In this document: positions 39,522-49,335 of the stretch, in pieces
Numbering within the stretch: position 1 is the stretch's first letter
Layout: every line of letters starts with the position of its first letter
NCBI GenBank assembly: GCA_964471275.1
Contig: CAYYGZ010000003.1
Coordinates: 1 to 54,601 of the forward strand
DNA: 54,601 nucleotides
Direction: 5' to 3'
Source of the DNA: an uncultured bacterium
GTDB lineage: Bacteria; Latescibacterota; UBA2968
The notes under the pieces: model-generated
Told to the model about the DNA's origin: nothing
Databases searched by the model: none
What the model saw: the letters and a program-made list of their open reading frames with translations, nothing else
Made by a program: the position numbers and the translations under genes

Positions 39522-40437
39522 CTACACAATCCCGATCCTCTGCAATTCGCCCTTCAGTTCTTCCATCTCCCTATCACACAGATTGTAGTAGGGCGGGCAT
39601 CGCCAACGTTCATAGATTCCGAACAACTCGAACACACCGTGAAGCGCCGCATCGAAGCCACCCGGCGAACTTTTCTGGAGATCGAAGAAGGGGTGTTCGA
39701 ACTCCCGGATAGTCGCAGTGGCTTCTCCCAGGTCATCCGCCTGGATTGCGGACCAGTATCGGTCCGTGATCTCGGGCTTGAGTGAAATAAATATCGACAT
39801 GAACCCATGACATCCATACGGATGAAGATCCAGGTGATTCTGTTTCTGACCGCCCGAGAACACTGCCCACTCATCCCGGACTAGCAGGGCCATTTTCCGG
39901 GCAAACGGTCCCAGCATATCGTCCTTGATCGCCACCACATTCTCGACACGTTCTTTCACGAGTGCCAGCGCCCGAAGCCCAAAAACCTCACCCCGCGGGA
40001 TAAAGACGTTCGTCACGAACATCACCGGTATGTGCTCAGCGACCCGTGCATAGTGTTCACACAGAGATTCCTCGGTGCATGAAGCAGCCCAATCGGGAGG
40101 AAGCACCATATTGCACGTCCGACCCGATCTGCCCGGCATACTGCGCAAATTCGACAGCCTGACGAGTGTTGTAATGCCGGTCTGCGGTCACGACCATCGC
40201 GCGTCCAGCGACATGATCGACCACTGCTCGGGAAAGGTCGGCGATATCCGCATCCGACATCGCGATTAGGTGGCTATCTCCTGCAGTCAGCAGCATCGTC
40301 TTGCTGCCTGCTTTGGTGTTCAAATCGAGTGTGCATATCAGACCATCGCAATCGATCGCACCGTCACGAGTGAACGGTGTCCGTATCGACGAGATCGGTC
40401 CTGTCAGGGCTTCCCTTACTCGATCACGATCTATCAC
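39522..40437 (-). pseudogene. Dihydrodipicolinate synthase / N-acetylneuraminate lyase-family gene with a +1 frameshift
   Basis: GTG 40437: ...IRTPFTRDGAID...LTAGDS...AGRAMVV...IGSDV, then the other frame MVLPPDW...VVAIKDD... to 39522. The junction reads GTG-CAAT-ATG, one extra base near 40111-40114. Confidence 0.8.
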
Positions 40438-40810
40438 TTGACTGTCCCAATCGTTAGTGTTGGCGCGTGCCAACATGCAGGAGTTTGCGTGGGAAAGCGA
40501 CACCCGTCTGAACCGCCTCATCCATACAGGTGAGCCTCCTGGCGAGCCCCACAGCCTGCTTCGCTTACACGGCCNNNNNNNNNNNNNTCGCATCCGAGAG
40601 CAATCTGGACAAGATCTGTTCCGATACTCGATCACGCACTTGGTCCTGCCTGGACCCAACCTCTCGATTAGCTCGACCCGCAGATTCCTCGCTGACAAAT
40701 CCGTTTTCTGCTTACCTTTTGTTCTCCCGCGGCAGCACTTTCGCGGAGCAAGGTCGTCGAGCTGATGACCCGGTTACCCAAGCAACCTGCACTGTACGAA
40801 GGAGGCATCG

Positions 40811-41947
40811 ATGGCAGACCTGCCTAGCCCGTGGGCAAACATAGAGACCGGCGCGCGTGTAAAGGAAGGCGCTCCCGCCATTCAACGTCCGACAAAGGAA
40901 CAGATCGCCGGGTTCCCCGAGGAAGCCAGCAGCTTGATCGATAGCAGTTGGGCGGCACAGAAGGCGCTGATCGACGAGGACCGGTATGACACATCGTGGC
41001 TCGATGGCCAGCATCTTGTCATTGTTGGCGGAACGGGACGCGGGCTCGGTGGTGCCGTATCTATTGTCGCCACGCACAACCTGGATCGCCTAGGTAGTTT
41101 GACGGTCATTGGGCGCGACATGAAACGATCGATGGAGTTTGAGTTCGGAACGGCTCTCCAGCAGCGCGCTTCGGACCACGCAGACAAATTCCACTGGCTC
41201 AACGACGGCATCTCGATCGAAGGCGACAGCTTCACCGGGATCGTGGAGTTGCTGAAGAACAAGGGTGTGAAAGATGCAATCTATGTGAACGGAGTGGCAG
41301 CGGCGAGTTCCGGACTCATGCCCGGCCTGCCCCCGGTCTACGTCAAGGACATCGACGAGGAGGGCACCTACTACTGGCAGTTAACGGAATTGCCGGAACG
41401 CAGCATCGAGGCAACACGCAGCTTCATGGGAACACTGACGGTTCAGTTCCCCAATGCGCTCGAGGCTGCTGGCGTAGATGTCGAGGTCTCGGCCTACGCC
41501 GACTGGCGTGGAAGTCTCGATCGCGGGAGTCGTGACCCACAATCGCCCACGTATGGTCGCTGGGGGTCCTACTCGACCAGCCTGTATCTGCCGAAGGACA
41601 TCATCCAGGATGCAACACGGATGGCTTATGCAGACGGCAGGAAATGGATCGATGTCTTCTTCCCGACGATGCGAACACGTGCCCTGCCCTTCATCCCGGG
41701 CGGTGTGGTCATGTCTCGTGTCTATGACAACATCCTGAGAAAGTCCGGTGTCGATCGCGTCGACATCCCTGAGTTGGGACTCGGTATGGTGCACCAGATC
41801 GGCCAGCGTCTGAACGATAGGGACGACAACCCCTTCCCCCGCCTGGACGCATATGAAGCGCCGTTCGATGAGTGGATCTACGAAGTCCTGAACCTCATCA
41901 ACGACGACGAGAACAGCAAGTTCTACTGGGAGAACTGGCTCGACTGA
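40811..41947 (+). CDS. Hypothetical protein with a Rossmann-like glycine motif
   Basis: AAGGAGG RBS; 378 aa; HLVIVGGTGRGLGG. Confidence 0.75.
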   Translation: MADLPSPWANIETGARVKEGAPAIQRPTKEQIAGFPEEASSLIDSSWAAQKALIDEDRYDTSWLDGQHLVIVGGTGRGLGGAVSIVATHNLDRLGSLTVIGRDMKRSMEFEFGTALQQRASDHADKFHWLNDGISIEGDSFTGIVELLKNKGVKDAIYVNGVAAASSGLMPGLPPVYVKDIDEEGTYYWQLTELPERSIEATRSFMGTLTVQFPNALEAAGVDVEVSAYADWRGSLDRGSRDPQSPTYGRWGSYSTSLYLPKDIIQDATRMAYADGRKWIDVFFPTMRTRALPFIPGGVVMSRVYDNILRKSGVDRVDIPELGLGMVHQIGQRLNDRDDNPFPRLDAYEAPFDEWIYEVLNLINDDENSKFYWENWLD

Positions 41948-41984
41948 TCTGTGCCATCACCTGCGACCCTCTTGAGCGTACGAA

Positions 41985-42020
41985 AAAGGTCATCTCTGGT
42001 TCTTGCCAGAGACGACCTTT
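41985..42020. terminator. Probable bidirectional intrinsic terminator
   Basis: AAAGGTCATCTCTGG-TTCTTG-CCAGAGACGACCTTT, a 15-bp stem with one mismatch and A/T ends, between convergent genes. Confidence 0.7.
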
Positions 42021-42057
42021 GTGCTTTCCCCTTGATGTGGGTAGAGGCTTCGCTCGC

Positions 42058-42792
42058 TCAATACCCCAGCACCTTCAGATATGCCTGAACCGCCGGCCCC
42101 AACCCCATGAAGATCGCGTCGCCGATCAACGCATGACCGATCGACACTTCCAGGATCCCAGCAATCGTCACAAACTCGCCCAGGTTGTCCAGATTCAGAT
42201 CGTGTCCTGCGTTCACACCCATGCCGTTGTCGATCGCCGATTTCGTCCCACCTGCGAACTCCTGGAACACGGTAGCAACGGCTTGCTCTCGATGCGCTGT
42301 CGCATACGGCTCCGTGTAGAGTTCGACACGATCCGCGCCGATCTCTGCAGCAATCTTGATCTGATCAGGAATCGGATCCATAAACATCGATACTCGGATC
42401 CCCAGATCCTTCAGTTCAGACACGATTGGTTTAAGCTGCGCAACCGTCCGCTCGTTCGACAGATCCCATCCGTGGTCGGATGTGAACGCATTCGGATCGT
42501 CAGGCACCAGGGTAGCCTGATCGGGCTTCGTGTTCCGCACGATCTCGAGCCACTCGGGAAACGGGTTCCCCTCGATGTTGTACTCAATTCCTTCAGCCTT
42601 CCCCACCAGCTCGGACAGGTCGTAGGCATCACGATTCGTGATGTGACGCTCATCCGGTCGTGGATGCACAGTAATGCCGTGACACCCCGCATCCATACAG
42701 ACCTGCGCCGCATCGACCACACTTGGTATCCCGATCGTCCGGCTGTTCCGCAGCAGCGCAACTTTATTGACGTTAACACTCAGCTTGGTCAT
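42058..42792 (-). CDS. pdxJ: Pyridoxine 5'-phosphate synthase
   Basis: LSVNVNKVALLRNSR, GITVHPRPDERHI, NIEGNP, TLVPD, RVELYT, NAGHDL and EVSIGHALI. Confidence 0.96.
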   Translation of the reverse strand: MTKLSVNVNKVALLRNSRTIGIPSVVDAAQVCMDAGCHGITVHPRPDERHITNRDAYDLSELVGKAEGIEYNIEGNPFPEWLEIVRNTKPDQATLVPDDPNAFTSDHGWDLSNERTVAQLKPIVSELKDLGIRVSMFMDPIPDQIKIAAEIGADRVELYTEPYATAHREQAVATVFQEFAGGTKSAIDNGMGVNAGHDLNLDNLGEFVTIAGILEVSIGHALIGDAIFMGLGPAVQAYLKVLGY

Positions 42793-42855
42793 TCGATCTC
42801 CTTTTGCAGAGAACGGTCGCGATCAAGAGATCGCCTCCTCTCCTGCACGCTGCTC

Positions 42856-43479
42856 TTAAGGCTGAAGCCGTGTAATGCTCCATCCGCCTTCAACGGGATC
42901 GTATTGGAACCGATCGTGCAGTCGGCTCGGTCGGCTGAGCCAGAACTCGAATCGGGTCGGCGCAACCCGGAATCCACCCCACGTATCAGGAAGTGGCACA
43001 TCCGAGCCCTCGGGATATTCCTTCTCCAGAACCGTAACCTGATTCGCCAACTCCTCCCAGGTATCAACTGGCGCGCTTTGTGTCGACACGATCGCCGCGA
43101 GTCGGCTCCCGTGTGGTCTCGTGTCCCAATATATTTTTGACTCAGTCGGATCCAGGCGGGCGGCGGTGCCTTCGATCCGAATCTGACGATAGAGAGGTTT
43201 CCAGTGGAAAGCCAGAGATACCTTCGGATTTACCTGCATGTCTGCTGCCTTCGGGCTGTCATAGCTCGTAAAGAACTCGACGCCTCGCGCGTCGAACCCA
43301 CGCATCAGGACAATCCGAACAGAGGGCACACCACCCGAACTCACGGTCGCCAATGACATCGCCTCGGGGAGCATGTCGCCTGATCCCCTTGCCATCTCAT
43401 ACCACTTGCCCAGTTCGAGGATCGGATCCTCATCCAATTCTCCGGAATCGACGGCATCTGCTTGGTAATCGATCGTCAA
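42856..43479 (-). CDS. pdxH: Pyridoxamine 5'-phosphate oxidase
   Basis: PEAMSLATV, RIVLMR, FFTSYDSPK, RQIRIEG, WGGFRV, EFW and SRLHDRF...RLQP. Confidence 0.95.
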   Translation of the reverse strand: MTIDYQADAVDSGELDEDPILELGKWYEMARGSGDMLPEAMSLATVSSGGVPSVRIVLMRGFDARGVEFFTSYDSPKAADMQVNPKVSLAFHWKPLYRQIRIEGTAARLDPTESKIYWDTRPHGSRLAAIVSTQSAPVDTWEELANQVTVLEKEYPEGSDVPLPDTWGGFRVAPTRFEFWLSRPSRLHDRFQYDPVEGGWSITRLQP

Positions 43480-43896
43480 AACATCTCCCTCAATCTCTCA
43501 TACACGACATCAATGGCGTGAGCAGGTTTCGGCGGTCTGTAACCAAGCCGGAATCTGTTAAGATGCGGTCTTACAATGAAGCATCCCGCGACGACCGGAG
43601 TGATCACATTTCGTTTCGCGAGCTGCCAACATAGCTATGACGTGCTGACTCTCGTCGGAAGATCCAGACAGAAATCCCGCTTTTATTCGAGAAGTGGTTA
43701 TGTCATCCCTTCGTTGCCAAGAATATACCCAAGGCTCAGTGATGGGAGCAGTTTCTTGGTGAGGTTGTTGAGACACGGGATACACAATCTCCATGGGAAT
43801 CGCTTGTGATCCGAATGTGACGAATATACCATCTTGTCAGAATCACACTCCAGGGACAGAACCGAAAAGGCCATTGGGACAGAGGGAGATTCGGGA

Positions 43897-44898
43897 ATGA
43901 AGCGCATTCCGTTCCAGACCGTCCACGCAGAATTCAGACGTGTCCTGCAATCGGTAGGACTCACCGACGTAAAGGCAAATCGCTGCGCTGAGCTGTTCGC
44001 AGAGAACACGCGCGATGGTGTCTACTCGCACGGGCTGAACAGGTTTCCAGGATTCGTCCGCGGGGTGCAGAATGGGAAAGTGAGACCCGATGTCGATCCC
44101 GTTTGTGCCCAGAAATTCGGCAGCATCGAGCAGTGGGATGGACAGACGGGGATTGGCCTTCTCAACGCGGAAACAGCCATGCAGCGTGCGGTCGTGATCG
44201 CGAAGGACAATGGTCTGGGATGTGTCGGGTTGCGGAACACGAACCACTGGATGCGTGCGGGTGCGTATGGGCTCCAGGCAGCCGATGCCGGCTGCATTGG
44301 GATCTGCTGGACAAACACGACCATCCTGATGCCTCCGTGGGGTTCTGCTGAAAAGAAGATCGGCAATAACCCATTAACCCTGTGTGTCCCATACCGCGGG
44401 GATCACGTGCTGCTGGATATGGCCATGAGTCAGTACTCCAACGGCAAGCTCGAGGTTTTGCAGCGGCGAGGCGAGGAACTCCCCCTGCCGGGCGGTTACA
44501 ACAGAGATGGCAGCCTCACCACCGACCCGGGCGCCATACTCGATTCCAAACGTGCCTTACCGATCGGCTACTGGAAGGGCTCGGGACTCGCTCTGATTCT
44601 GGACTTGATGGCAACGCTCATCGCTGGTGGTGATTCGACCGCTGACATCGGCGCACGTCCCGATGAGACAAACGTCTCACAGGTCTTCATCGCCATTGAA
44701 ATCGCATCCATCGCGGGCGCACAAATCGTCGAAGACACTGTCGACCACATTGTCCAAGACTTCCAGGATGTCCCGTCCCTTGATGGCGTGAGCCAGATTC
44801 GTTACCCTGGCGAGGGAATGCTCGCCACGCGTAAGGACAACCTGGAGAACGGCATCCCGGTCGACCCCGACCTCTGGACAGAAATCCTGGCCATGTAG
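43897..44898 (+). CDS. yiaK: 3-dehydro-L-gulonate 2-dehydrogenase (2,3-diketo-L-gulonate reductase; Ldh_2 family)
   Basis: DGVYSHGLNRFP, LRNTNHWMRAGAYG, GICWTNT, IGNNP, LDMAMSQYS, LPIGYWKGSGL and RYPGE. Confidence 0.92.
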   Translation: MKRIPFQTVHAEFRRVLQSVGLTDVKANRCAELFAENTRDGVYSHGLNRFPGFVRGVQNGKVRPDVDPVCAQKFGSIEQWDGQTGIGLLNAETAMQRAVVIAKDNGLGCVGLRNTNHWMRAGAYGLQAADAGCIGICWTNTTILMPPWGSAEKKIGNNPLTLCVPYRGDHVLLDMAMSQYSNGKLEVLQRRGEELPLPGGYNRDGSLTTDPGAILDSKRALPIGYWKGSGLALILDLMATLIAGGDSTADIGARPDETNVSQVFIAIEIASIAGAQIVEDTVDHIVQDFQDVPSLDGVSQIRYPGEGMLATRKDNLENGIPVDPDLWTEILAM

Positions 44899-45045
44899 CG
44901 GAGGAAACCGATCATCCCGAGTCTTCTATGTGCCCTGCGCTATGCTTAGCTGACATACAGGTCTGCTGGGAGCTGTACTTGGGTGATTTCGGATCCATAT
45001 AGACCAGCGAGACTAACCGCGTTGTCAATGGTGATTGAGAGATAG

Positions 45046-46998
45046 ATGACTGATCAGGAACTGTTCGACCACATTGATCCCGTCGCAATTGACATCCACC
45101 TTGCGAGGAACGAACTCGCCAGCTACCTGAGAACTCACAAGACGTTCGATCCCTCTGGTGGTGTGACTTCGGACTACGATCGAAAGTTTGCTGATCAACT
45201 CATCCGCGGTGAAGTGAATGAGCAGAACATCCCGCACACCTTCGCGGATGGCCGTATCGACTGGTTCTACAATCCGACACGAGAGGACCCGAATCTCCCA
45301 ATCAACAATGAGTGGCAATGGCAGTTGAATCGTATGAGCTATTGGCCAAACCTTGGCAGAGCATACAGGGCCACGGGAAATGAGAAGTATGCTCAGGCGT
45401 TTGTCGCCCACCTCCGATCGTGGGCAGAGCAGTGTCCCCGACCTGACGATCACGGGAACTACGCGCAATCCCCGTGGCGAACGATCGAATCGGGCATCCG
45501 AATGGCTCGCAACTGGCCGGACACTTACACTCTCTTTGTCGACTCCCCAAGCCTCACGGATGACGATGTCCTGCTCTTCCTCAAGCTCTGCATCGAGCAC
45601 GGCAAGCATCTCAGAGCGAATCACAGGGAGCGTGGAAACTGGTTAACCATGGAGATGGCCGGACTCTACACGATCGGCGCAGTGTTCCCTGAGCTCAAAG
45701 ACGCCAGATCGTGGCGGGCGTATTCAAGCCTGAAGGCCTACGAGGAACTGAATAACCAGTTCACGCCTGATGGTGCACAAATCGAGCTCTCGACAGGGTA
45801 CCACTGGGTGGCGCTGCATAACCTCATCCATATTCCACTTGTTGCCCGAAGCACGGGATTCACTGAAGAGCTGCCTGAAGACTATCTCGTTCGGGCAGAA
45901 AAGGCGTTCGATTTTACGATGCTCATGATGTGTCCTGATGGATCGACTCCGCGAGTGAACGACACGCCGAACCACCAGGACGCCGCGGCCATCCTCCACA
46001 CTGGAGCCGAGCTCTTCCCCCATCGCCACGACTTTCAGTGGGCAGCCTCGAGCAAAACGGAGGGGTCTCCTCCTCGAGACATCTCCCACGCCTTTCCTTA
46101 CGCGGGCTACTGTGTCATGCGTTCCAGCTGGCAGACCGATGCGAACATGCTCTGTTTCGACGCGGGACCTACGGGAATCGCCCACATACACCAGGACAAG
46201 CTCAACATCGCGCTCTGGGCGTATGGCCGAGAAATGTTGCTCGATACCGGTGGAGGACCGTATGAAAAAAGCAAATGGCGAGCTTATGGCCTGGATACAC
46301 ACTCTCACAACACGATTCTTGTCGATGGTCTGCCGCAGAGACGCCAAGCATTTGCCTCCTCTGAGCCTCTCAAAGATATCACCTGGCGTTCACTGGAAGA
46401 CCACGACTACGCCGCAGGTGTCTACGAGGATCTGTATGGGGAGACCCGACCAGCTTCACATCACAGACGCATACTCTTCGCAAAACCAGACGTATTCCTC
46501 GTTGTGGACACCCTTCTGCCCTTTGACGATGACGAGCACCGATACCAGGCCCGATGGCATTTCAAGGAACCGAACGTCATCCTCGAGCAGACAACCCTGA
46601 CTGCTGTGTCGACTGACCCTGGTTTGCCAAACCTCGCCGTTGTACCGCTTCAGACGAGAGGACTCACGACCGAACTGGTCTCTGCCCAGGAAGAGCCTGA
46701 GCTCATGGGATGGTGGATTCGCAAGAAGGTGGATCCCAAGACGATGCCGGCAGCGACCGTCTGCCACACCGTCAGCGGAAGAGGGATCCAGCAGATGGTG
46801 ACGTTGCTCTTACCGCTTCGAGAAGACGAACGGAATCCGATCGTAGCAGTGACTCAATCAGATGACTGTGTCACAGAAGTTCGACTGGGTGACCGAAGAC
46901 GCTACGTATGTGAACACGATCCACAGCCTGAAGGCAATTTGCGATTCACTGAACTGATGGCTGATGAGGCGACGGGACGCAGCATCCACAGCGGCTAG
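45046..46998 (+). CDS. Heparinase II/III-like polysaccharide lyase
   Basis: EWQWQLNR, WRTIESGIR, GNWLTME, DGAQIELSTGYH, PRVND, VMRSSW, FDAGP..AHIHQDKL and THSHNTILVDG. Confidence 0.88.
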   Translation: MTDQELFDHIDPVAIDIHLARNELASYLRTHKTFDPSGGVTSDYDRKFADQLIRGEVNEQNIPHTFADGRIDWFYNPTREDPNLPINNEWQWQLNRMSYWPNLGRAYRATGNEKYAQAFVAHLRSWAEQCPRPDDHGNYAQSPWRTIESGIRMARNWPDTYTLFVDSPSLTDDDVLLFLKLCIEHGKHLRANHRERGNWLTMEMAGLYTIGAVFPELKDARSWRAYSSLKAYEELNNQFTPDGAQIELSTGYHWVALHNLIHIPLVARSTGFTEELPEDYLVRAEKAFDFTMLMMCPDGSTPRVNDTPNHQDAAAILHTGAELFPHRHDFQWAASSKTEGSPPRDISHAFPYAGYCVMRSSWQTDANMLCFDAGPTGIAHIHQDKLNIALWAYGREMLLDTGGGPYEKSKWRAYGLDTHSHNTILVDGLPQRRQAFASSEPLKDITWRSLEDHDYAAGVYEDLYGETRPASHHRRILFAKPDVFLVVDTLLPFDDDEHRYQARWHFKEPNVILEQTTLTAVSTDPGLPNLAVVPLQTRGLTTELVSAQEEPELMGWWIRKKVDPKTMPAATVCHTVSGRGIQQMVTLLLPLREDERNPIVAVTQSDDCVTEVRLGDRRRYVCEHDPQPEGNLRFTELMADEATGRSIHSG

Positions 46999-47020
46999 AC
47001 CCTAGGAGAGAGTTCAGACA

Positions 47021-47758
47021 ATGAAACAGCCATTCAAGCAGGCGCTGAAAGAGAAAGACGAAGTCCTTCTGATGACGACAACGCTGAACGTGACCCGGAG
47101 CCAACTGGAGGTTGCCCTGGGTCACGGCGACTACGATGCGGTCTACTTCGACGGTCAGCACCAACCGATCAGCGACGACAAGCTCGTCGAATTCTGCGGG
47201 ATGACTGAAGAACTGGGTATCGAAGCGCAGATGCGAATCCCGCATACACGCTACACCTATCTGGTGGGTCGATACTGCGACTTCGGTCTCTCATCGATCA
47301 TGATACCGGAGGTCGTGGACGAAGCATCGGTCCACGAGGCGATCGAATACTTCTACTACGGAACTCTGGGACGACGAAGTTGGGGTGGCATCCAGCGTGC
47401 CGGCATGGGTCGCGCCTTCGACATCAGACCCTCGCGTCTGGAGTACGCCGAGTGGTGGAACAACTACGCAGTCCTGGCGATTCAGCTCGAGTCGGTGGAA
47501 GCCGTGGCAAACGCACGCAGGCTGGCCGACCGACCGGGCGTCGACTATGTGGCCTTCGGTCCAAACGACCTGTCCTTCAGCCTGGAGCGACACACCGGCT
47601 TCCCGTTGAAGACACCCGAGGAATGCTTCAGGAATGTTGCGGAACAGCTGGATCCTGTTGGTATCAAGCGATGTTTGGCGATCCCCGTGCCTCCTGACCA
47701 ACGCGATAAGTGGCGTGAAGTCGGGATCTCCGTTTTCTGGGAAGACGCGAAATTCTAG
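47021..47758 (+). CDS. HpcH/HpaI aldolase / citrate-lyase family protein
   Basis: YFDGQH, IMIPEV, GRRSWGG, AIQLESVEAV and VAFGPNDLS motifs. Confidence 0.85.
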   Translation: MKQPFKQALKEKDEVLLMTTTLNVTRSQLEVALGHGDYDAVYFDGQHQPISDDKLVEFCGMTEELGIEAQMRIPHTRYTYLVGRYCDFGLSSIMIPEVVDEASVHEAIEYFYYGTLGRRSWGGIQRAGMGRAFDIRPSRLEYAEWWNNYAVLAIQLESVEAVANARRLADRPGVDYVAFGPNDLSFSLERHTGFPLKTPEECFRNVAEQLDPVGIKRCLAIPVPPDQRDKWREVGISVFWEDAKF

Positions 47759-47796
47759 CCTGATCTACACGTAAATCCTGATTGCGTGTCCAGTAG

Positions 47797-47856
47797 GCAC
47801 CGTCACACCGAGCGCGAGTCCTTTGAGCCTGCCCGAGCGAAGTCGAGGGGAGGTGT
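47797..47856 (-). repeat. REP-like intergenic element, copy 2 (60 bp, inverted relative to copy 1)
   Basis: Its reverse complement ACACCTCCCCTCGACTTCGCTCGGGCAGGCTCAAAGGACTCGCGCTCGGTGTGACGGTGC is near-identical to 24234-24294. Confidence 0.85.
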
Positions 47857-47934
47857 GGGTCCCACGTAAGAAAGCAGGTCTAGAGCCCTGTTGTCTAACG
47901 AACAGACCTACCTCGGATGCACACAGACACCTCT

Positions 47935-49335
47935 CTACTCCCTGAACGCCGCGTGACCGCCGGGCAGCATCTCCAGGTCTGCGGCCTCGATCGCTGCGAG
48001 CTCTTCCTCGATGAACGCGTCTGCTCTTGCGTTCTCCGCATCCGGATCGCATATCCGTCTGAGTTCGCGTTCCATATCCGCAGCGACATCCGTCTCATCA
48101 TCGACACGATTCACCAGCTCATCACGATCTGCTTCGATGTCGTAGAGCTGATTTGGCGCCTCGCTGTTGTGTATATACTTCCACTTCCCTTTCCGGACCA
48201 TGAACCCGCTGCCTCGAGCGCCGTGACCGTGATACTCACTGAAGGTCGCCCGCGTCTCATCGTTGGCTCCCAGTTCCTGGAGCGGCGCGCCGGCCCAGCC
48301 GCCAGGGCGCTCAGCACCCGTGGCAGCAAAGATCGAGGCCTGAAGATCCAGTTGGCTGACGGCTGTATGATCGACCTTCCCCTTACGGAAACCGGGTCCT
48401 GCCACCATCAGGGGCGCCCGCACTGAATCCTCGTAAAGACTGCATTTCCACCACATCCCAAACTTGCCCAGCATCTCGCCGTGATCCGATGTGTAGACAA
48501 AAACTGTGTTGTCAGACAGTCCCGTCTCCTCCAGCACATCCAGAACGCGGCCGACCTGCCTATCGACATAGGTGACACAGCCATAGTATCCACGACGTAG
48601 CCCGCGGACGGAGTCCTCGCGAAACTTGTCTGTCTGAAAGTGAAGTCTCAGGTCCTGAGCGTAGGGATGATGTGCTGGCGCTGTCTCCGCCCCGAATTCG
48701 GGCAGATCGTCGTGACCCTCATAAAGATCCCAGAGCTCCCGTGTCACATACTGGGGGAAGTGCGGATTGCTGATGTTGATCTCCACTGACCAGGGACGAT
48801 CGAGATCTCTTCCATTCTGTCGAATCCAGTCGATCCCCGCACCCACCTTGCGGTCGTCCCCTGAAGAAGCCCTCTCCCGTATCCCCCAGCCATCCTGCCT
48901 TTCCTTACCGGTTTTCGAGATGATCGGCCGTACCGTCACAGGCTTTCGGCCGAAATTCAGATCGCCAGGACTCCGATACCCCGATCCGTGCATCTCGCTG
49001 AAACCCATCTCCTCGACTGGACGAAATCCGTCCACCTTGCCAAACAGGACGGAATGCACGCCCTGGCGGTCCAGTTCGCCACCGTAGCTCGGGGCGTCCA
49101 CGGGCAGAATGCCACAGTTGTTGTAGGTCTGGATCTCGTGGACCCAGCGTCCCGCCAGGAATGATGACCGTGACGGCATACATAGCGGCGACGGACAATA
49201 GTGGCTCTGGTAGACGGTTCCACGATCTGCCAGCCGTTCCAGATTGGGCGTCTGGATAAACGGATGACCTTCCAAGGAGCTGATTCGCGGGTTGTGTTCA
49301 TCCGACCTCAGAATCACAAAGTTGACGTTCGACAT
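47935..49335 (-). CDS. Sulfatase (choline-sulfatase-like, Cys-type)
   Basis: SDEHN, SPLCMPSR, NPHFP, YTSDHGEMLG..GMWWK, YEDSVRAPL and FSEYHG. Confidence 0.9.
   Translation of the reverse strand: MSNVNFVILRSDEHNPRISSLEGHPFIQTPNLERLADRGTVYQSHYCPSPLCMPSRSSFLAGRWVHEIQTYNNCGILPVDAPSYGGELDRQGVHSVLFGKVDGFRPVEEMGFSEMHGSGYRSPGDLNFGRKPVTVRPIISKTGKERQDGWGIRERASSGDDRKVGAGIDWIRQNGRDLDRPWSVEINISNPHFPQYVTRELWDLYEGHDDLPEFGAETAPAHHPYAQDLRLHFQTDKFREDSVRGLRRGYYGCVTYVDRQVGRVLDVLEETGLSDNTVFVYTSDHGEMLGKFGMWWKCSLYEDSVRAPLMVAGPGFRKGKVDHTAVSQLDLQASIFAATGAERPGGWAGAPLQELGANDETRATFSEYHGHGARGSGFMVRKGKWKYIHNSEAPNQLYDIEADRDELVNRVDDETDVAADMERELRRICDPDAENARADAFIEEELAAIEAADLEMLPGGHAAFRE

Noticed and set aside
41872..43140. 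Long overlapping ORFs such as 41872..43140 (+), 30738..31706 (-) and 23130..24023 (-)
   Set aside because: They are antisense shadows of well-supported genes in GC-rich DNA and carry no recognisable motifs.
43558..43830. Short ORFs or a gene remnant between pdxH and yiaK
   Set aside because: Some frames look protein-like, but none has a recognisable motif or a convincing RBS.
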